DNA of 56,070 nucleotides, filler included, from Sphacelaria rigidula (GCA_964200075.2; 6 parts of 6 records of this genome joined end to end with filler, not necessarily neighbours in it); one strand, 5' to 3'. Counted from the first letter of the whole stretch, positions 1 to 13,773 are shown. Translations and numbers: made by a program. Notes: generated from the sequence alone by a model not told the origin.

Positions 1-3000
1 AACCCGTGATGATTCGTCCTAACCGTGCAACATTCGATCAGCATCCCCGCAGCCCATTGGCTGCTTTCGATTTTTTTCGCCAACTCTCACCCCCCGTTTT
101 TGGGCGACGGAGCCCAGGAGAAAAAAAAAACTTTGAAAATTGATCACTGTCGAGATTCTGAACCACAAAATCTTCCTCAACCAGCACTATGAATGAACCC
201 GTTTGAGCACTGAGGCGCAGCGCGGCGGCAACATATATACATGTATATATATTCAAGCACAACTTTCTGAGTGGCGCAGGTGGTGCACCTTCAGAGCAGT
301 ACGACTGTAGCCAAAGGTTTTGGTTTCATAGTCAATCAAGCGCATTCTTGCAAGTCACAGTCACGTTCGTGGCCACTCAAGGTGAATCAAGACAGACTTG
401 GGGTGCAATCCTTGGAAGTGAAGAAAGGGGGTAAAACGTCATTCCGTTCCTCTCTCGTCACTACAATGCAAGCAAGCTCCAACGCCAACAAAGACAATTG
501 CATACTGCACACATATTCACCGTAGCTGACATTACATTCGCCGAGAGTTGGCACTTAGCTAGCTACACGTTGGCGCGGGCCGGGACACTTCGTTTCTCGC
601 ACCCTCACAAGCTACTTGTCGGGCACGCTAGAACATGAATGCGCTGGGAGAACAGCTGTACGGTGTATACCTGCCCGCCTCTGTGCGCCAACACAAGAGA
701 CATGTTAAGACCAGGAGACAGGTCTCCAAAACATTCACTACATTTGCTCGATCGCACCGTATCCACGACCTAATCGTACACAGTCATACATTCAAAATAA
801 GGTCGCTGCTTCCAGGTACACACCCGGGTGTAGCACGGGCACAGGGATAAAAAGCAAACATGACGCGTGACCGTCTAACCTTGTGATGACGTTCCACGTT
901 TTCCTTGGTGTCCACGGCCCGGAGGTACCTGAAAGGGCAGCCGTTTTGCTTCTTGCGGATTTGTCCACCGGCATGCTCTACCCAGTGGTCTCCTGCACGG
1001 ACACGTTTAAGGTCCAGAAAAAAAGACGAGTAAAACGTGAAGCAACGCACGACTACAGCTGCGCGACTTCTTCCTCGCGCGTGCACATTCCCCCTTTCAT
1101 TCTACGGTAATTGTATGCGCATCTTGGCCAACAAGCGATAGCAGGGTCATCTTCCCTGCGGCTCTGTCCAGACGGGTCAAAATTGAAGGCCGTCTGCTTC
1201 ACATGGGTTCCACTAGTTAGACCCAGCTCTGCCTCGAAAAACAGCGTGGATCCGCCCGCAGTTTTCTGGCTGAGTGAGACGCTGGGAAAGTATCCCTGTC
1301 ATTTTTTTTCGTTTCTTCTAACCTGCTACGTCTATGCTTTCCTTAAGGGGACTCCAGCCCAGCCCGTTTTGATCAGGCCTGACACGCGCTGCAAAAGACC
1401 AAAGCTGCGGCAGAGGCATGCAACCCAAGACATCTGACTTTGACGTACGTTTTTTTTAGGCATTTAATTGATTGACATCAACCATGACGAGCAGGAACAG
1501 GCCCGCGCTGCTGCACGCACCGGAAAACTTTCCCTCGCAGCCGCAAAGGCATGAAACCATGTCCTCTTGCAGCAGCCCGTGTATACCCACGGATCCTTTG
1601 GCGCCGTGTCCAAGGACGTCCAGCTCCACCTCACAGCCCTAGCATTTGCAGGAAATGAAGACGATAATCGTTGGGCAAAAAAAATAACCAAGTGAACATC
1701 GCTCGATACCCTTTGGCCGGGGGCATGTGGGAACTAATTGCGCGGTCGATAGGTCCCTACCGCTAATACCGAGCGACTTCCTGCGAAGATTCAGCGTACG
1801 GAGAGCACTCTTTGGGCCTCGCGACTGAGCACAAAAAAAAAATACTGTAGTGGGGCAAATGGGACAAGCTGTAGCCGAGTCTCTCGTTGTGAAACAGCCT
1901 GGGTGAGAGACTTGCAAGATGGAACTCAGGCGCTTCAACCAACCTCGAGCCCGACGCAGAAAGACAAAAATAGCACCAGCACAGGAAACCGTACCGTATC
2001 TGAACAAACGTCGCTTCCGTACAACAGCCCTCTTGCGTCAGGATGATTCCAAAGTCACATCCCCTCGAGGGTCGATGCATGATACAAGTCGCTCGCCACA
2101 CAGGGGACAAATAGTAATCTATACAGACTCCCTGGCAAGTTTCTGATATCATCAGGCGTTGACTGCACGCGGCCTGATACGGAGCATTTTCAATTCAAGA
2201 TGCGGTACCTGCAAATGATGACAGTCCAGCAGCTTCCGCTTGGTGACACGCTGACGGACAACAGGCCTTGTCCCGGCCGCGCCGCCGTCGACCACATCTG
2301 CTCGACGATACACTGCGCTAGGGTCTAATTCAAAACTAGCTTGAAGGTTGTCTACCGATTTGTCCACCGTCAAAGAACTGCTGCTGCTGGTACTGCTGCT
2401 GCTGCTGCTAGTGCGGCTGACGATGCTGCTGCGGCTGCTGATGCGGCTCACACTGTTGCTACTGCTGATACTGCCGCTGCCGCGGCTGCTGATGCGGCTG
2501 CTGCTGCGATTGACGCTACCGCTGGCAGCGTCCTGTTGAAGAGAGGTGCCTTTTTTCAGAGACGTGTTTTGGTCGGAAGAGGCGCGTTCGATAGAGTGGC
2601 GTCGAGTAGTCCTCGGACTCTGCTTACGGGTCGCCCTGCCGCTCTGCTCAGTAGGACACGGGGGCTGCGGCTGCGGCGGCTGCTGCGGCGGAGGCGGTGG
2701 CAGCTAGATAACAAGCAGGACAACAAGAAAAGGCAACAAAGTGCGATCGAACAGGTATGTGTAACACGAGTAAGACGTGAACACTTCTCACCGCACAGCA
2801 CAGGTCAACAAGAAAAAATCTAGACAAACGATTATCATCTCGCGGCACTTTGACGAACTTGCAGTCTATCGCATGGAAAAACAAAACATGAGGTACTACG
2901 GTACCTGAATTCAAGGTAAAAACATATTTTCCTGTCCTGCCAATAAAATTTCATTAGCGACGTCTGTTTGTTGGTTAGCCATCCAAACCCCGTCACGGGT

Positions 3001-4484
3001 GGTGAATCCCGCTATTTTCTGTATTCGCGCTTGTTCGTGCGGTGATGCCAAGTGTTTTTTCTGTCAACAGTTAACAGTCACCACTCTACCGCAACACGTC
3101 ACGCGTCACGTTCGCGGTAACTCACTTCGCTAACCACTGTAGACGTGGCTATCTCGGACGTCTGTGCACTTGCTTCGGAATCCTGTGGACGTGACGGTGT
3201 CAGTGTGGGCTTGGGTGTAGACGCGTCTGTGGACGTGTCTGTGGGTGTGGGCTTGGGTGTGCGCTTGGGTATGGGCTTGGGCATGGATGTTGGTGTCTCC
3301 GGAGCTTCTCGCTTCTGCCTCTTTCTGCGCTCGACTTCCCTCTCCCTCTCTCCCTTCCTCTTGAGTTCACAGCACCAAAGGAGGGATACACGAGAGGGGG
3401 GCGGGGATGACAGGGTTGGACACTGTCAGAAGCGAGTTGAACTAAAGTAACAAGAGCAATGATAACTCGCGACAATAATCATAAACGTCACTTAGCCAGG
3501 GACCCCGATGCGGTACCTACGCCCGCCTAGTCTTCCACTGCTCTTGTCTGCTTGGGTGCGTACCTTGACAGCCTCGATAGCCGTGATGGCAGCCCGGTTA
3601 GCAACGGCCGTTTTGTACTCCAATTCTCTCTGCTTCCGCTTCAGATAAAACTCCTTTTCCCGGTTCTCTTCTCCGCAAAACCTGCCCCACAGCGTCATCC
3701 CGGTCATCAGCCATTATCCAATCCAACAAGGAGCAACGACGTGATGAATTCCGCTAGATACGACGAAAAAACAAAGAATTGAACCGATCTTGTGTTCATG
3801 TAAGAATGTCACGGACAATCTGCCAACTCTACCGTAACGACAGAGTCTAGTGGAGTCAACAAACGACAAAACCTGGAGACGTTGCGTGGGCGGGGAGCGG
3901 GGTCGTATGTACAAGTAAGAGATTTAGGCCACTACAGTCTCCAGGGTAGATTCGCCACAATTATACCCCACTCTCTCCATAAACGCGTAAAAATACAGAG
4001 ATGACGGCCGACACAACGATCACCCTCTAGTACTACCGTCAGAGGGCAGCGATTATAACTGAAACACCGGCCCGAACTCAAGAAGGATAGCACCGCCTGA
4101 CCATAAACACACCACGTGCGACACGCCCACACAACGTTGTGTTGACGAAATGTATCCACTCCTGAATACTCTTTTCCCTCTGTCTCTGTCTTTCTCTCCG
4201 AAAACCGAAAACTGAAGAAAAAAAAAAGTCAGCGATGGCCTTCCTTACCGTGCGCCCCTCGCGAGTCCCACTCCGTAGGCTCGAGCCAAGTACCGGCCAA
4301 CCTCTATGTTGTGGTCCACCATTCCCGACAACGACGACTTCTTTCGCACTGCGGCGGCGTGTGACATCATTTCCTCAATCAGAGGGTAGGGAAATCCCTG
4401 GAACGTTGCCTGTTTGAAAGCGAGGGGTATCGAGGTATTCACATGGCCGTCGGTGTCGGTCGACAGTAGCTGGGGGGAAGGGGA

Positions 4485-4583
4485 GGGTGTACCCATGATC
4501 TTGCATGCCGTAGTCATAAGAACATTGAGCTCGCATCCCTACAGAGCCGGGACGGAGCACGCCGAGTTTTCGCCTCACCAGGC
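4485..4583 (-). mobile_element. SINE family A, 5'-truncated copy
   Basis: GCATCCCTACAGAGCCGGGACGGAGCACGCCG core shared with 14207, 40206 and 54375; G-rich direct repeats on both sides. Confidence 0.8.
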
Positions 4584-4864
4584 GGAGGGGGGGGGAAGGG
4601 TATGTACATGCTCGCTTTGATAATGTGAACGGCTGCAACTCCAATCTCTTGCCGACGGTATTTGCAAACTAAATCTGGGAGGTCCACGATATCCTGTCTT
4701 TTTCCGTTTGGTTTATCCTGGTTTTCGCAGTCTTGAGCACCATTTATTTGTCCTCGTTCTCGAGTTCCTCCGGCGAGTGTTTTTGTTCATTCGCATCAGG
4801 TACGTTCATTTCGTGTCTAGTGACTACTACTGCATTCGTAGCGGATTTTTTTTTTCTTGTCCTT

Positions 4865-5190
4865 ACTTTGAACCCCTCCCCTTCCTCGGGACGAGTCCGT
4901 GATCTAACACTCTCAAGGGATTAACCCATCTCTCCCCCAGCACGCACCTTGTATTTTGGTCTCGCGGATTGAATCATGACCAACACTTACGCACCGTGTC
5001 GACTGTCGTCTAGCAAACTCAGCCAAACAGACTCCTCTCGCTAATCACGTCTTCACGCTCTCAACGTCGAAAGTCAGAAATTTCCGGGGAAAAGCCAAAC
5101 TATTAAAAGACGTACCTGGCGAGAATCGCACCTGTGTGTTTTCCCGCCCTACTGTAATGGTGTCAGGTATAACATCAGACCACGGAGGCA
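4865..5190 (-). mobile_element. tRNA-derived SINE family C
   Basis: CCCTTCCTCGGGACGAGTCCGTG...CAAGGGAT.AACCCATC end shared with 12860, 27517, 52030, 55640 and reversed at 38525; degenerate A/B-box-like motifs on the minus strand near 5120-5190. Confidence 0.65.
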
Positions 5191-6699
5191 ATTGACCACA
5201 CTATCAGCGCGGACCAGTTAACGTGCGACAATCAATCAATCACTGAACGGATCGATCAAACTCGCCCCCGACAAAAACGAATGCATCGCTTCCTCGGGAC
5301 TGACGAGAACGAAAAGGAAGAAACGGAAGTCCTGAGTACCATGTTCACGGGCTTCTTACGTTGCGATTGGCGTCAGCCTGACTCATCCTGGCCACATGGT
5401 CGTGGAGTGCTTCCAAAACCGTGTCATGGTCTTCAACATCCACGCAGCTCATCACCAGCCTAAACCGAACAGCCGAACAATGGGTGGGGGAGGCATGATG
5501 TGGACTGGAGGTTTGGGAATTCGGCTGTGATCGGAGAAGGATCTGCACTACGGTAAGGAAAAGAGGAGCGCCTTGTTTCACATGCCCAACTAAAGCAGCA
5601 TAGACGGAAAAAATCGCCATTCCGAATCAAAGATGCGATGCCGTACGTATGATGTGTCACTAGGGGAAAAGGTTCAACTAGCTGCTCTAAGATCGTCGTT
5701 GCCATGCAGACATTAGTCTAATCGCACACAACACTCCAAGCCCCATGCGTCGAGGTCGAATGCCACTGCGACACTGTACTGTACGGTACTGCAGAAGTGC
5801 GGTGAGACAGGCGGTAACGATCCCCTGCCAACCATCGTTCTCCCGTCAACAGTCCTCAAACATTCAACACGAGAACGAATAAGCATGAAAAACCAATGGA
5901 ACCACGCCTCTCCTTCTTGCTGTACTCGTAGTATACAACAGCTCACTTTTCTGCGTTGGAGAGGAAGTTCTCCATGTCGGTAAACTCCTGCCTGGACACT
6001 TTGCCCATCATGTCCTTCATCAGCTGGTGCTGTGCGAAGGTAGGGTGCTGTAGCAACTGTGTTGGACACGCACAGTACAGTACACGAACACGTAGACGAC
6101 ATAGCATGGTAAGAACGGGCGACAGGCAGTACAGCACAGCAAAGTTACAGAGGGTGTTATGTAACATCAGCCGCCTCTCATTTTCCAACAGCCACACCAA
6201 AGCAATCATTCGCACCACTGCGTGCAGACCACGTATACTCTTGTACCGCCTCTTGAATTTCCGACAGCTCGACAGAGGGCAGACGCAAGCTGTCCGCACG
6301 GTGGTGCGAGCATTTATTTCAGTAAAGGCACGAGACAAAATATCGTACCGCTGTGCGCTGTATAGAGCATGTGCACATGTATCTTTGTGTAGCACTGACG
6401 AACAGTACACGCTCCACCCGAGCGCGGATGTTCTATCGAAGAGCAGTACGCGATAAAAAATAAAACGAGCCGTGCTACTTTGAACTTGAGGTACCGTATC
6501 CGAGAACATCTATGACGTGGGCTCATCAGATAGGAATTTCACGGTTACACCGCAATTTTTGGTCGATATATTTTTATAAGACACCCACTGAAACGGAAAG
6601 TCCGTTTTCAAATGAATTGATGTTTGAAACTTTCGGGAAAGCGTCACTGATACAGAGATGGGAAGAACGTTCGGGTGAATTGTCACTCTCAGCGACTTG

Positions 6700-7345
6700 C
6701 GGTGGCGTGCCAATGTCGAAATGTTACGTGGAAATGTGGCAGTATGACAGTACTTCTCCCATCGACACTAGGGCAGGCGGGTGACGTATTACGGTTCGCG
6801 AGGTGGCAAATCCCCCTCTCATTTGGCCACACCCTCCCTCGCGGCCACGTGATGTCGAAATATGACGATGTCGCCATAATTCTCCCACGGCAGGAGTGGG
6901 CGCATCACGTTTGTGGCTTACGACCTGGTAACGGCCTCCCCATCCAACCACACCTTCCCTCACGACCATGTTATATGGAAATGTGGTAATTTGGCAGTAA
7001 TTCTCCCATAAACACTACGCGTACGGTGTGCGCGTAGAGCTATTTGTGGTTCGCGACCGCACTTTCCCCGGCGGACAGACAAACGAGATGTGGCAACCCC
7101 TTCCCTGTCACTGTGGCAGTAATTATCCCATTAACGGTAGGGTGGTCGCATCACGTTTGTGGTTCATGACCCGGCGACTCCCGCCCCCCCATCAGACCAC
7201 ATCTTCCCTCGCGGACATGTCATCTCGAAATGTGAAAACGTGGCAGTGATTTGCCCACACGCGTGTGTGGTTCGTGAGCTGCCAACCTCCACCCCATCCG
7301 ACCATACCTTCCCTTGGCCACAACGTCACGGTCGAGCAGCACTTT
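6700..7345. repeat. Degenerate tandem array, ~110-130-bp unit, 5-6 copies
   Basis: Recurring GAAATGTG, GGCAGTAATTCTCCCA, TTTGTGGTTCG and ACCACACCTTCCCTCG motifs in the same order. Confidence 0.7.
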
Positions 7346-8844
7346 CACACATCTCAACTCTTCTACTTTGTATATATACATATCGACCCCAGTAGACTCA
7401 ATTACCGTAACCAATCGAGCAGGCTGTGTCATGGTCGAGAACTCGACTGAACTCAAAGCTCAACGCTTCAAATATATAGCTGAAGGGGTAAACGGCGCCA
7501 TCCCAACATGGTCCTGGGTGTTGCCTGCGTGCGACGCGGAGGACGCCAAGGAATTGGTGTGTCTTCACTGTTCACACCGCTGGTCTCACTCTTTTCCGCT
7601 TCGATTGCCCCTGTCATATTCCCCGTTATATCTCGTTTCTTATATATTCGTACCGGTTTTCGGCACCGAGTCCATAGGTACGGGTCGTTATAAAATAATT
7701 AAACTGAAATCATCGAATCATTCGTTGTTTTCCATGATTCTTGTCGGGATTTTTCGCTGGATACGTGCTTTACTCAAACCCCATCTGCCGTAGAAAAGGT
7801 CAACAGATTGCACCGTTCGGTTATTTGTTGTACGGGCCTGTTCTGGACTTCAATTTTCTCCGTTGCCTTGTTACAGCCCAGGGCGGTAGCAGGACGAGAG
7901 CTGAAAAAAACAAAGTGCAGTCAGCATCGATGATATTTTGATACGCACCAACATGGCACCAAGTCAAAGTAAGCGAAGCGTACACCTTCGAAAGGAAGCG
8001 GCCTTCTAGCACACGGGATCGTGTACACAAGAGAGATACACTATCGCGTTAGCTATTTGATGTACCGTGTGTAGAGTGCTTGGTTGTGTCCAGCGTTGTA
8101 CCACAACAGCTTTCTGTCGCGATACCGACTGTATCGGTATAGCAAGAAGATTCGCCAGCGCTGGCCACCCGGTTGGCATCGTGCTTGTCATACATGTCTG
8201 TACGGCATCGATCAATGCGAGCCATCCAGAACAACAGTACGACAGCCTACAAAAGGGAGCCAGCAGCATTGATGCATTGATGTGTTGATGCGTGTGGGGT
8301 CTTTTTCTCGGGTTATGATCCGTCCGAGCAACATGAAATACCACACAACGGCGGCGATGGAGCCATCTTAAATCGCGGGCACAGCGACACACATAGAGAA
8401 CGTTGGGCACATCGATAGAAAGAGCACCGCTTGTGAGACTGCCGTCGTCTTGGATATCATCCTGGCTGCGCACGGTGCTGTACTGCGGCTGCGGGCTCCA
8501 GAAGACCGGCAAAACCATGTGTGCTGGAACCTATACTAAAATCGAGTTTGTACTACAAAATGCAAGGGGCCTTACGCACTGGGATACGTTATTCACCGCC
8601 CCCGATTCCCGAAAACCTCATTCTGAGCGACGGGTGGGGGGGGGGGGTACCCTATTTTGGATAGGTAGGTAGGTACCCCCCTGATCAGATGGATAATGAC
8701 GATAGTAGGTACTGTACTGTGCAGCACGTGCATGAACGGCTTTTCCCAGCTTGTGCCAGGTTTGTGTACAAGTTCTGTATGCTATGGTTGCACGGCAAGT
8801 GGTGGGGGTACGTCGAGCCTTCGCTGAGCAATGTCTGTATATGC

Positions 8845-9090
8845 TGTGTCTGTGTGTTGTCGTTCCGTCTGTTCTGGACGCCAGTCTACACCTTTCGGTA
8901 TATATGGGCACACGAGCCGGGTCACACAGGAGGAAGGCCAACACAGGACATTTTTCTTTTTTATTTGTTCTTCTTCTCCACATTCCTGCTGCGGTGCTTT
9001 CCTTATTTTTCTTCTATCGATAGAGGGGTTCAGCACCCACTTTCCCTCGTCGACCGTGAGGTCGAATTCAATTGGAACATATTATGCCAG
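8845..9090 (-). mobile_element. tRNA-derived SINE family D, 3' part
   Basis: TTCTGGACGCCAGTCTACACCTTTCGGTA is the near reverse complement of 50734-50762; homology continues to ~9080. Confidence 0.75.
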
Positions 9091-9263
9091 CACGGAAAAA
9101 TAATACAGAACTGTGACTTGTTGGCTACTTTCTTTAGCGACACCATGTTCACGAGTTTCTCATTTGTCGCTACTACCTGTGTTGCTGTCCAGCATGCCGA
9201 CCTTTAGAGATTGCCCCTCGAACGCTGTTCGGACGCGGGCACTGCCCAAGCGGGCACCAGGTG

Positions 9264-9363
9264 NNNNNNNNNNNNNNNNNNNNNNNNNNNNNNNNNNNNN
9301 NNNNNNNTTAATTAATTAANNNNNNNNNNNNNNNNNNNNNNNNNNNNNNNNNNNNNNNNNNNN
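9264..9363. other. Artificial linker (N44-TTAATTAATTAA-N44)
   Basis: 100-bp N run containing a six-frame stop palindrome; identical to the four other linkers. Confidence 0.98.
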
Positions 9364-9480
9364 TGTTTACTCACGTTCTCATGCTTTCCACGGTGGAAAT
9401 CATACATTACGAAGAAGCAAACCCAAGGCATCGGGAAACGAACCCCGTTCTCTCCACCCTAATGGCGACAGTCGGACCAT
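9364..9480 (-). mobile_element. SINE family C fragment
   Basis: TGTTTACTCACGTTCTCA.GCTTTCCACGG.GGAAATCATACATTACGAAGAA matches 27669-27721. Confidence 0.75.
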
Positions 9481-10096
9481 TATTCTGCATATACAGTGCA
9501 ACAGACGAACGCAGTCTCAGGGCCGGTTGCGAATCGGCAGGAGAAGGTGGGTGTGTTCAACCGTACTCGTATAGTCATGCGGCGGGTTCAGGTGCCGCAG
9601 CAACAACCTCACCTTCGGACAAACCGCAAATGCTGTGTTGTCTGCAGATTTTTTTCGTCTGCACATGATTTGTTTTCAAATATCCACACATCCGATTACT
9701 GTACTGTGATACGTGTGCATGATCCGCGTTGTGAGCAACACCCATAGTGGGCGACACGCAGGAGGACTGATTCTTACGGAACCTATGGTGTGACGACATG
9801 TAGGGGTATGCGCCCGGACGGATAACACAGAACAAGGGAGAACTTTACGCACATGCTATCAACGTCTTTTTTCAATGTTGTCGTTTTGACTCGTTGAAGA
9901 TATTAAGCACAGATAACGCCATGCGGCGTCAAAGCGGCAAAGGCTCCCAACAACAAAAAACAGAGATAGCGAAGAGCTACATGATCGAGTCCGGTTCAGC
10001 AGAAACACTTGGACACTTCGATGACGTACGCTCAGAATAACAAAAACAACGAGGAGGCGTCTCGATCGTCTTGTTGCTGCTGCTGCCGCTGCTCAC

Positions 10097-10180
10097 CTGA
10101 GCTTGTCGTGATTGCTCATGACAATTGCCACTTCACAGTCCAATTCTCCGCTGCGGTGTCGAATTAAAAGATCGTACAGG
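10097..10180 (-). CDS. purU: Formyltetrahydrofolate deformylase, exon 5 (gene continues beyond the fragment)
   Basis: cag|(C)LYDLLIRHRSGELDCEVAIVMSNHDKL(R)|gtgag; PurU HCLxDLL...SNH motif; phase matches exon 4. Confidence 0.93.
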
Positions 10181-11604
10181 CTGCAGGAACCATTTCGCAG
10201 ACAACGATGGAGGAGGACGCGCACGCGCGCGTGTGTGTAGAGGGGGGGGGAGATGGAACCGGACCTCTAGCACGGCGAGGATATGGGCAGTTCCAACACG
10301 CTGTCGATGGGATAGATGAGATCAATGCAGGAGTAAGTAATTTACCCCAGTCATGAAAAAAATTGAACACTTTTGTGAGTGAATAGCAACATGTATCCTG
10401 TGGGCAAGGGGCTTTACGAATTGCAAACCAATACTCACAACCTAAATTTTGGGAAAGCTCATCATGAGCGGGGCCTGAGTTGTCGGTCGGGAAGCTACAA
10501 CTTATGCCTGAAAGACTTTTGGCGCCAACTTCGTGCACTCGTGGCGGGACGAGGAGACTGAGCGATACGAGGGTCCATGGATACGATAGGGGAATAGTTC
10601 GAGACCTGACAAAGCATGTACACGAGAAACGACGACGAATGTAATTTGCAATCAACGCGAACAACGCCCTGTACACGGTTGCATAAAAACCTGATATCAA
10701 AACGACGCCGGTGTTTTCGGAGCCGAGGGTGTACAAAAAGGTCCACTTGCTACCAACTGCAGCGAGGGTACATATTCGAAGCAGTCAGACCTCATAATAA
10801 CCTGCGTCGGACAAGGGTATCAGTTGTTTTGACGAACTCAACACGCAGTATCACCACATTTGTAGCGGAGAACAAAGAGTGCGGGCCGGTACTTGCTACT
10901 CGTGAAGGGTTCGCACTGGTACGCACCGAACGCTACCGTGAATATCACTCCCTCGACCACTACATTATGGTGATGGGATTTCGACTGTTTGTAGCACCTC
11001 ACCGGTATCCCCAGAATTTTACCGGGGTACATTGTACACCACCCCTCCTACATGCCACCCCAGGTGATGACGTTTACGGACCCCAAAGCCTCATGGCTCG
11101 GGGGTAGTATAAACAGTGGCCTACTGTATGTACAACACGGAACTCACCGGCGGTCGTTGCTCTTGTAGGCAAGAATCGACGTCTATCATCGGCTGTTGGG
11201 GTAAAACACATGCGCTAGTTGTGCGCAGAGCATAATTGAGGGGCCATTGCTGGAGCAAACAATACCGCACGTGATTCAAGGGACGAGGGTATCTTCAAAC
11301 ATCTGAAACTTTGTCCGCAAAAAAACTGGCGATACTTGTTTTCACTCATTCTGCACTTGCGTTGTACTTCACTGCTGCACAAAGGCAACGCTGCGGAAGA
11401 GAGAGAGAGAGAGCAAAGAGCTCCTTGTATTTGGGATTTTTGAAAACACACACATTCACTCACACACCAACGGCGCACGTCATCATCTTCGGGAAAATCC
11501 AAGGGTTTGATTGTATTCTTGAGTGCCCCCTCTTTGCCTCTTTCTTCTCTTCCTCCTGTTTCCGGCGACCAATCAAGTGCATCATCGCGGCAGCCCTCAC
11601 TCAC

Positions 11605-11693
11605 CAGTGGTCGTCCTTGGAAACGAGTATCGCCACACGTTTCTGCCGGTTGCCGTACGATATCGACCACTCCATGTTGTAACGACCAGCCAA
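11605..11693 (-). CDS. purU: Formyltetrahydrofolate deformylase, exon 4
   Basis: cag|LAGRYNMEWSISYGNRQKRVAILVSKDDH(C)|gtgag; PurU KRVAILVSKxDHC motif. Confidence 0.93.
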
Positions 11694-12859
11694 CTGCCCG
11701 CCGCGGAAGCCAACGCCCGTTGAATGTGTTGCATATAATCCATGTTTCGAAACGGGGGTTCCGTAGCATACAGATTGAGCCGAAAAAAACAGCTGGGGTA
11801 GACATGACGAACAAGTTGGGACATCCTGCTGTGTGGGTCAGCTCACATGTCGCAGTTCCAAAAGTGTTTCTAGTGTCGGCCAAACACGCCTCCCCCTCCC
11901 CACTCCCCGAACAAAAGTAACAATCCAGCCCTTTCCAAATACCAGCAGCGGAACGGTCAACCGGGCATATTGCTCGGAGAGACGGTCTCGCCCCCAAGGG
12001 GGTCAGGCATACAAAAACAGGAGTAAGGGAGAGTAGCTCGTAACCCAATCGTGAACGCCCTTTCTTCACGAATATGACTTTCGGCAACTTTCCATCCAGT
12101 TTTCAATTTTCCAGTTATATGGAGGCGGGAAACTTGAATGCCAAACGCTTCTGGTTTTCACGCCCTACATTTCACATTCTTCATCACACGGTGTCATGCC
12201 AGCAGAGCAAGTACCCAACACCAGCGTGCTCATCCCCCAAAAAACAGCAAGATCATATCTACACAGTGTAGTCATGGTATGTGCGTGCAGTATTGGAGCT
12301 GTGCGTGCCCCATATTGCATGAAACAAGCAACAGCGCTCATCATCAGGGGTGCTCATGTTTCAGACTTATTAATGGAAACGATGGACGCGACGGGGGGGG
12401 AAGTCACGCGCGTTTCCACATTTAGAACACAGCAAAATGTGCATGGAAAACGTGGAAGCAAAACCGAGGGAAGGAGAACCGTTCATCGTCCGAAACGGCT
12501 CCAAAAGGCGTCACGGGAAGACGATTATGAGTAGGCCGGGATCTGACGAGTATCAAACGCTGTGTTTGCGTAGCGCATACCAAACACGGCAAAAGGTTTC
12601 CTTGTCTTTCGTTCCCGTCGAGTTTGGTTCGGCAAGCTAGCAAGCAACCGTTTCCACTTCTACACGTTTAGGGCACATCTTATCTTGGCGATTGCGACGG
12701 GGTATGCAGCTCCTGAATCAATGCGTGACGGCGACCATATCGATCAAATCGACAAATGAATCAGCTCTTTGTTCGGGAGATGCCGCGTAGGCGCAACCTG
12801 TGTTCGCATAGAAGGGGGTAGGGTGATATACTATGCCATCTCTTGGTCGTACTTCAGAG

Positions 12860-13110
12860 TCCCCCCCCCCGCTCAGGACAACAAGTCCGTTGTTTCAAGG
12901 GATCAACCCGTCTCTTCCCCAGTGCATGCCTTACATTTTCCTGTCGCCGATTGGATCAGCAATTTCAAATCACGTTGTCTCTCGTCCAAAACAGATACCT
13001 TGTGACTCAAGTCCTCGAGTTTTCAACGGCGGAAGTCATCAACTTCTCGGTGGAAACTCAATCCAAATGAATCTCTGGATATTTGACCCCGTTTTGTTCC
13101 CGCCCCAACA
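12860..13110 (-). mobile_element. SINE family C, diverged copy in a purU intron
   Basis: AGTCCGT...TCAAGGGATCAACCCGTCTC...GTCGCCGATTGGAT homologous to 27540-27616. Confidence 0.65.
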
Positions 13111-13320
13111 GATTTCAGTTACAGCACTACAGCACGGCGGCTACAGTCACCGACATGTTGCTAAAAATTGCAGAAAACCGATCACGGGTGCTATCAGGAC
13201 CCGACACCTCCGGTAGTCCGTCCTCCCACATTTGAACAACGTTTTTTGTTAGCGCTCATGGAAACGAAAGTTGAGTCTGACGCTTTTTCACAGGAAGGTG
13301 AAGAAAAGAGTACGACGCAC

Positions 13321-13378
13321 CTCTGCTAGGGCCTTCTCCATCACGGACGTGTTCGCTGCTCCGATGGTCATCAACGAG
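13321..13378 (-). CDS. purU: Formyltetrahydrofolate deformylase, exon 3
   Basis: cag|(Y)SLMTIGAANTSVMEKALAE|gtgcg; 58 bp, completes the TA|C codon from exon 2. Confidence 0.85.
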
Positions 13379-13773
13379 CTGCACTCCCACCAGGTAGGTA
13401 TTCGTTCAGCACGAAAGCACAAGAAGAAAAAAAAATGGAGTACTCGTTCAACCAACCCCACAGGACGAGGCAGCACGAGTATATGCAGAGTGCATGAATT
13501 GATGATCACGAGAAAAAAAAAAGAAAAACAGCAACAATAAACTAGTGCAAAACCCTTGAAGTTTGAATTCTGACTGCGACCTGCAATCAGCTGAAATGCC
13601 CGAAAAAACGGTGTTACAATTGCACGTCAAAGACCATGCCATCAAGCGGGATCCCTCGAAATGGTTCAAGCGATGAATTCAACGAGAAACCAAGAGTGCA
13701 GTAGTGGACATGCCATGTCGCGACCTCAGCCATGTCGCTGTGGCACCAACGTCACAAGTGCCTCGATACTCAC

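Larger units (their letters stand above)
880..8520 (-). pseudogene. Unidentified multi-exon gene relic (probable pseudogene or transposon-borne gene)
   Basis: Minus-strand exon-like blocks with AG/GT edges, e.g. 5947-6056 LLQHPTFAQHQLMKDMMGKVSRQEFTDMENFLSNAEK|gtgag, ~5367-5459 LVMSCVDVEDHDTVLEALHDHVARMSQADANRN|gtaag, ~4248-4408 ATFQGFPYPLIEEMM...ARGA|gtaag, ~880-1014 DLKRVRAGDHWVEHAGG...ERHHK|gttag. Other blocks contain stops or frameshifts. Confidence 0.4.

Noticed and set aside
5290..5336. Hammerhead-like CTGACGA...GAAA...GTC
   Set aside because: Stem II does not pair and stem I is not flush with the core.
11215..12087. 290-aa minus-strand ORF
   Set aside because: Mostly intronic; the real purU exon inside it uses another frame.
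13294..13393. Plus-strand exon-like ORF KVKKRVRR...HSHQ|gtagg (also 13788-13865)
   Set aside because: Antisense shadow of purU exons 3 and 2.
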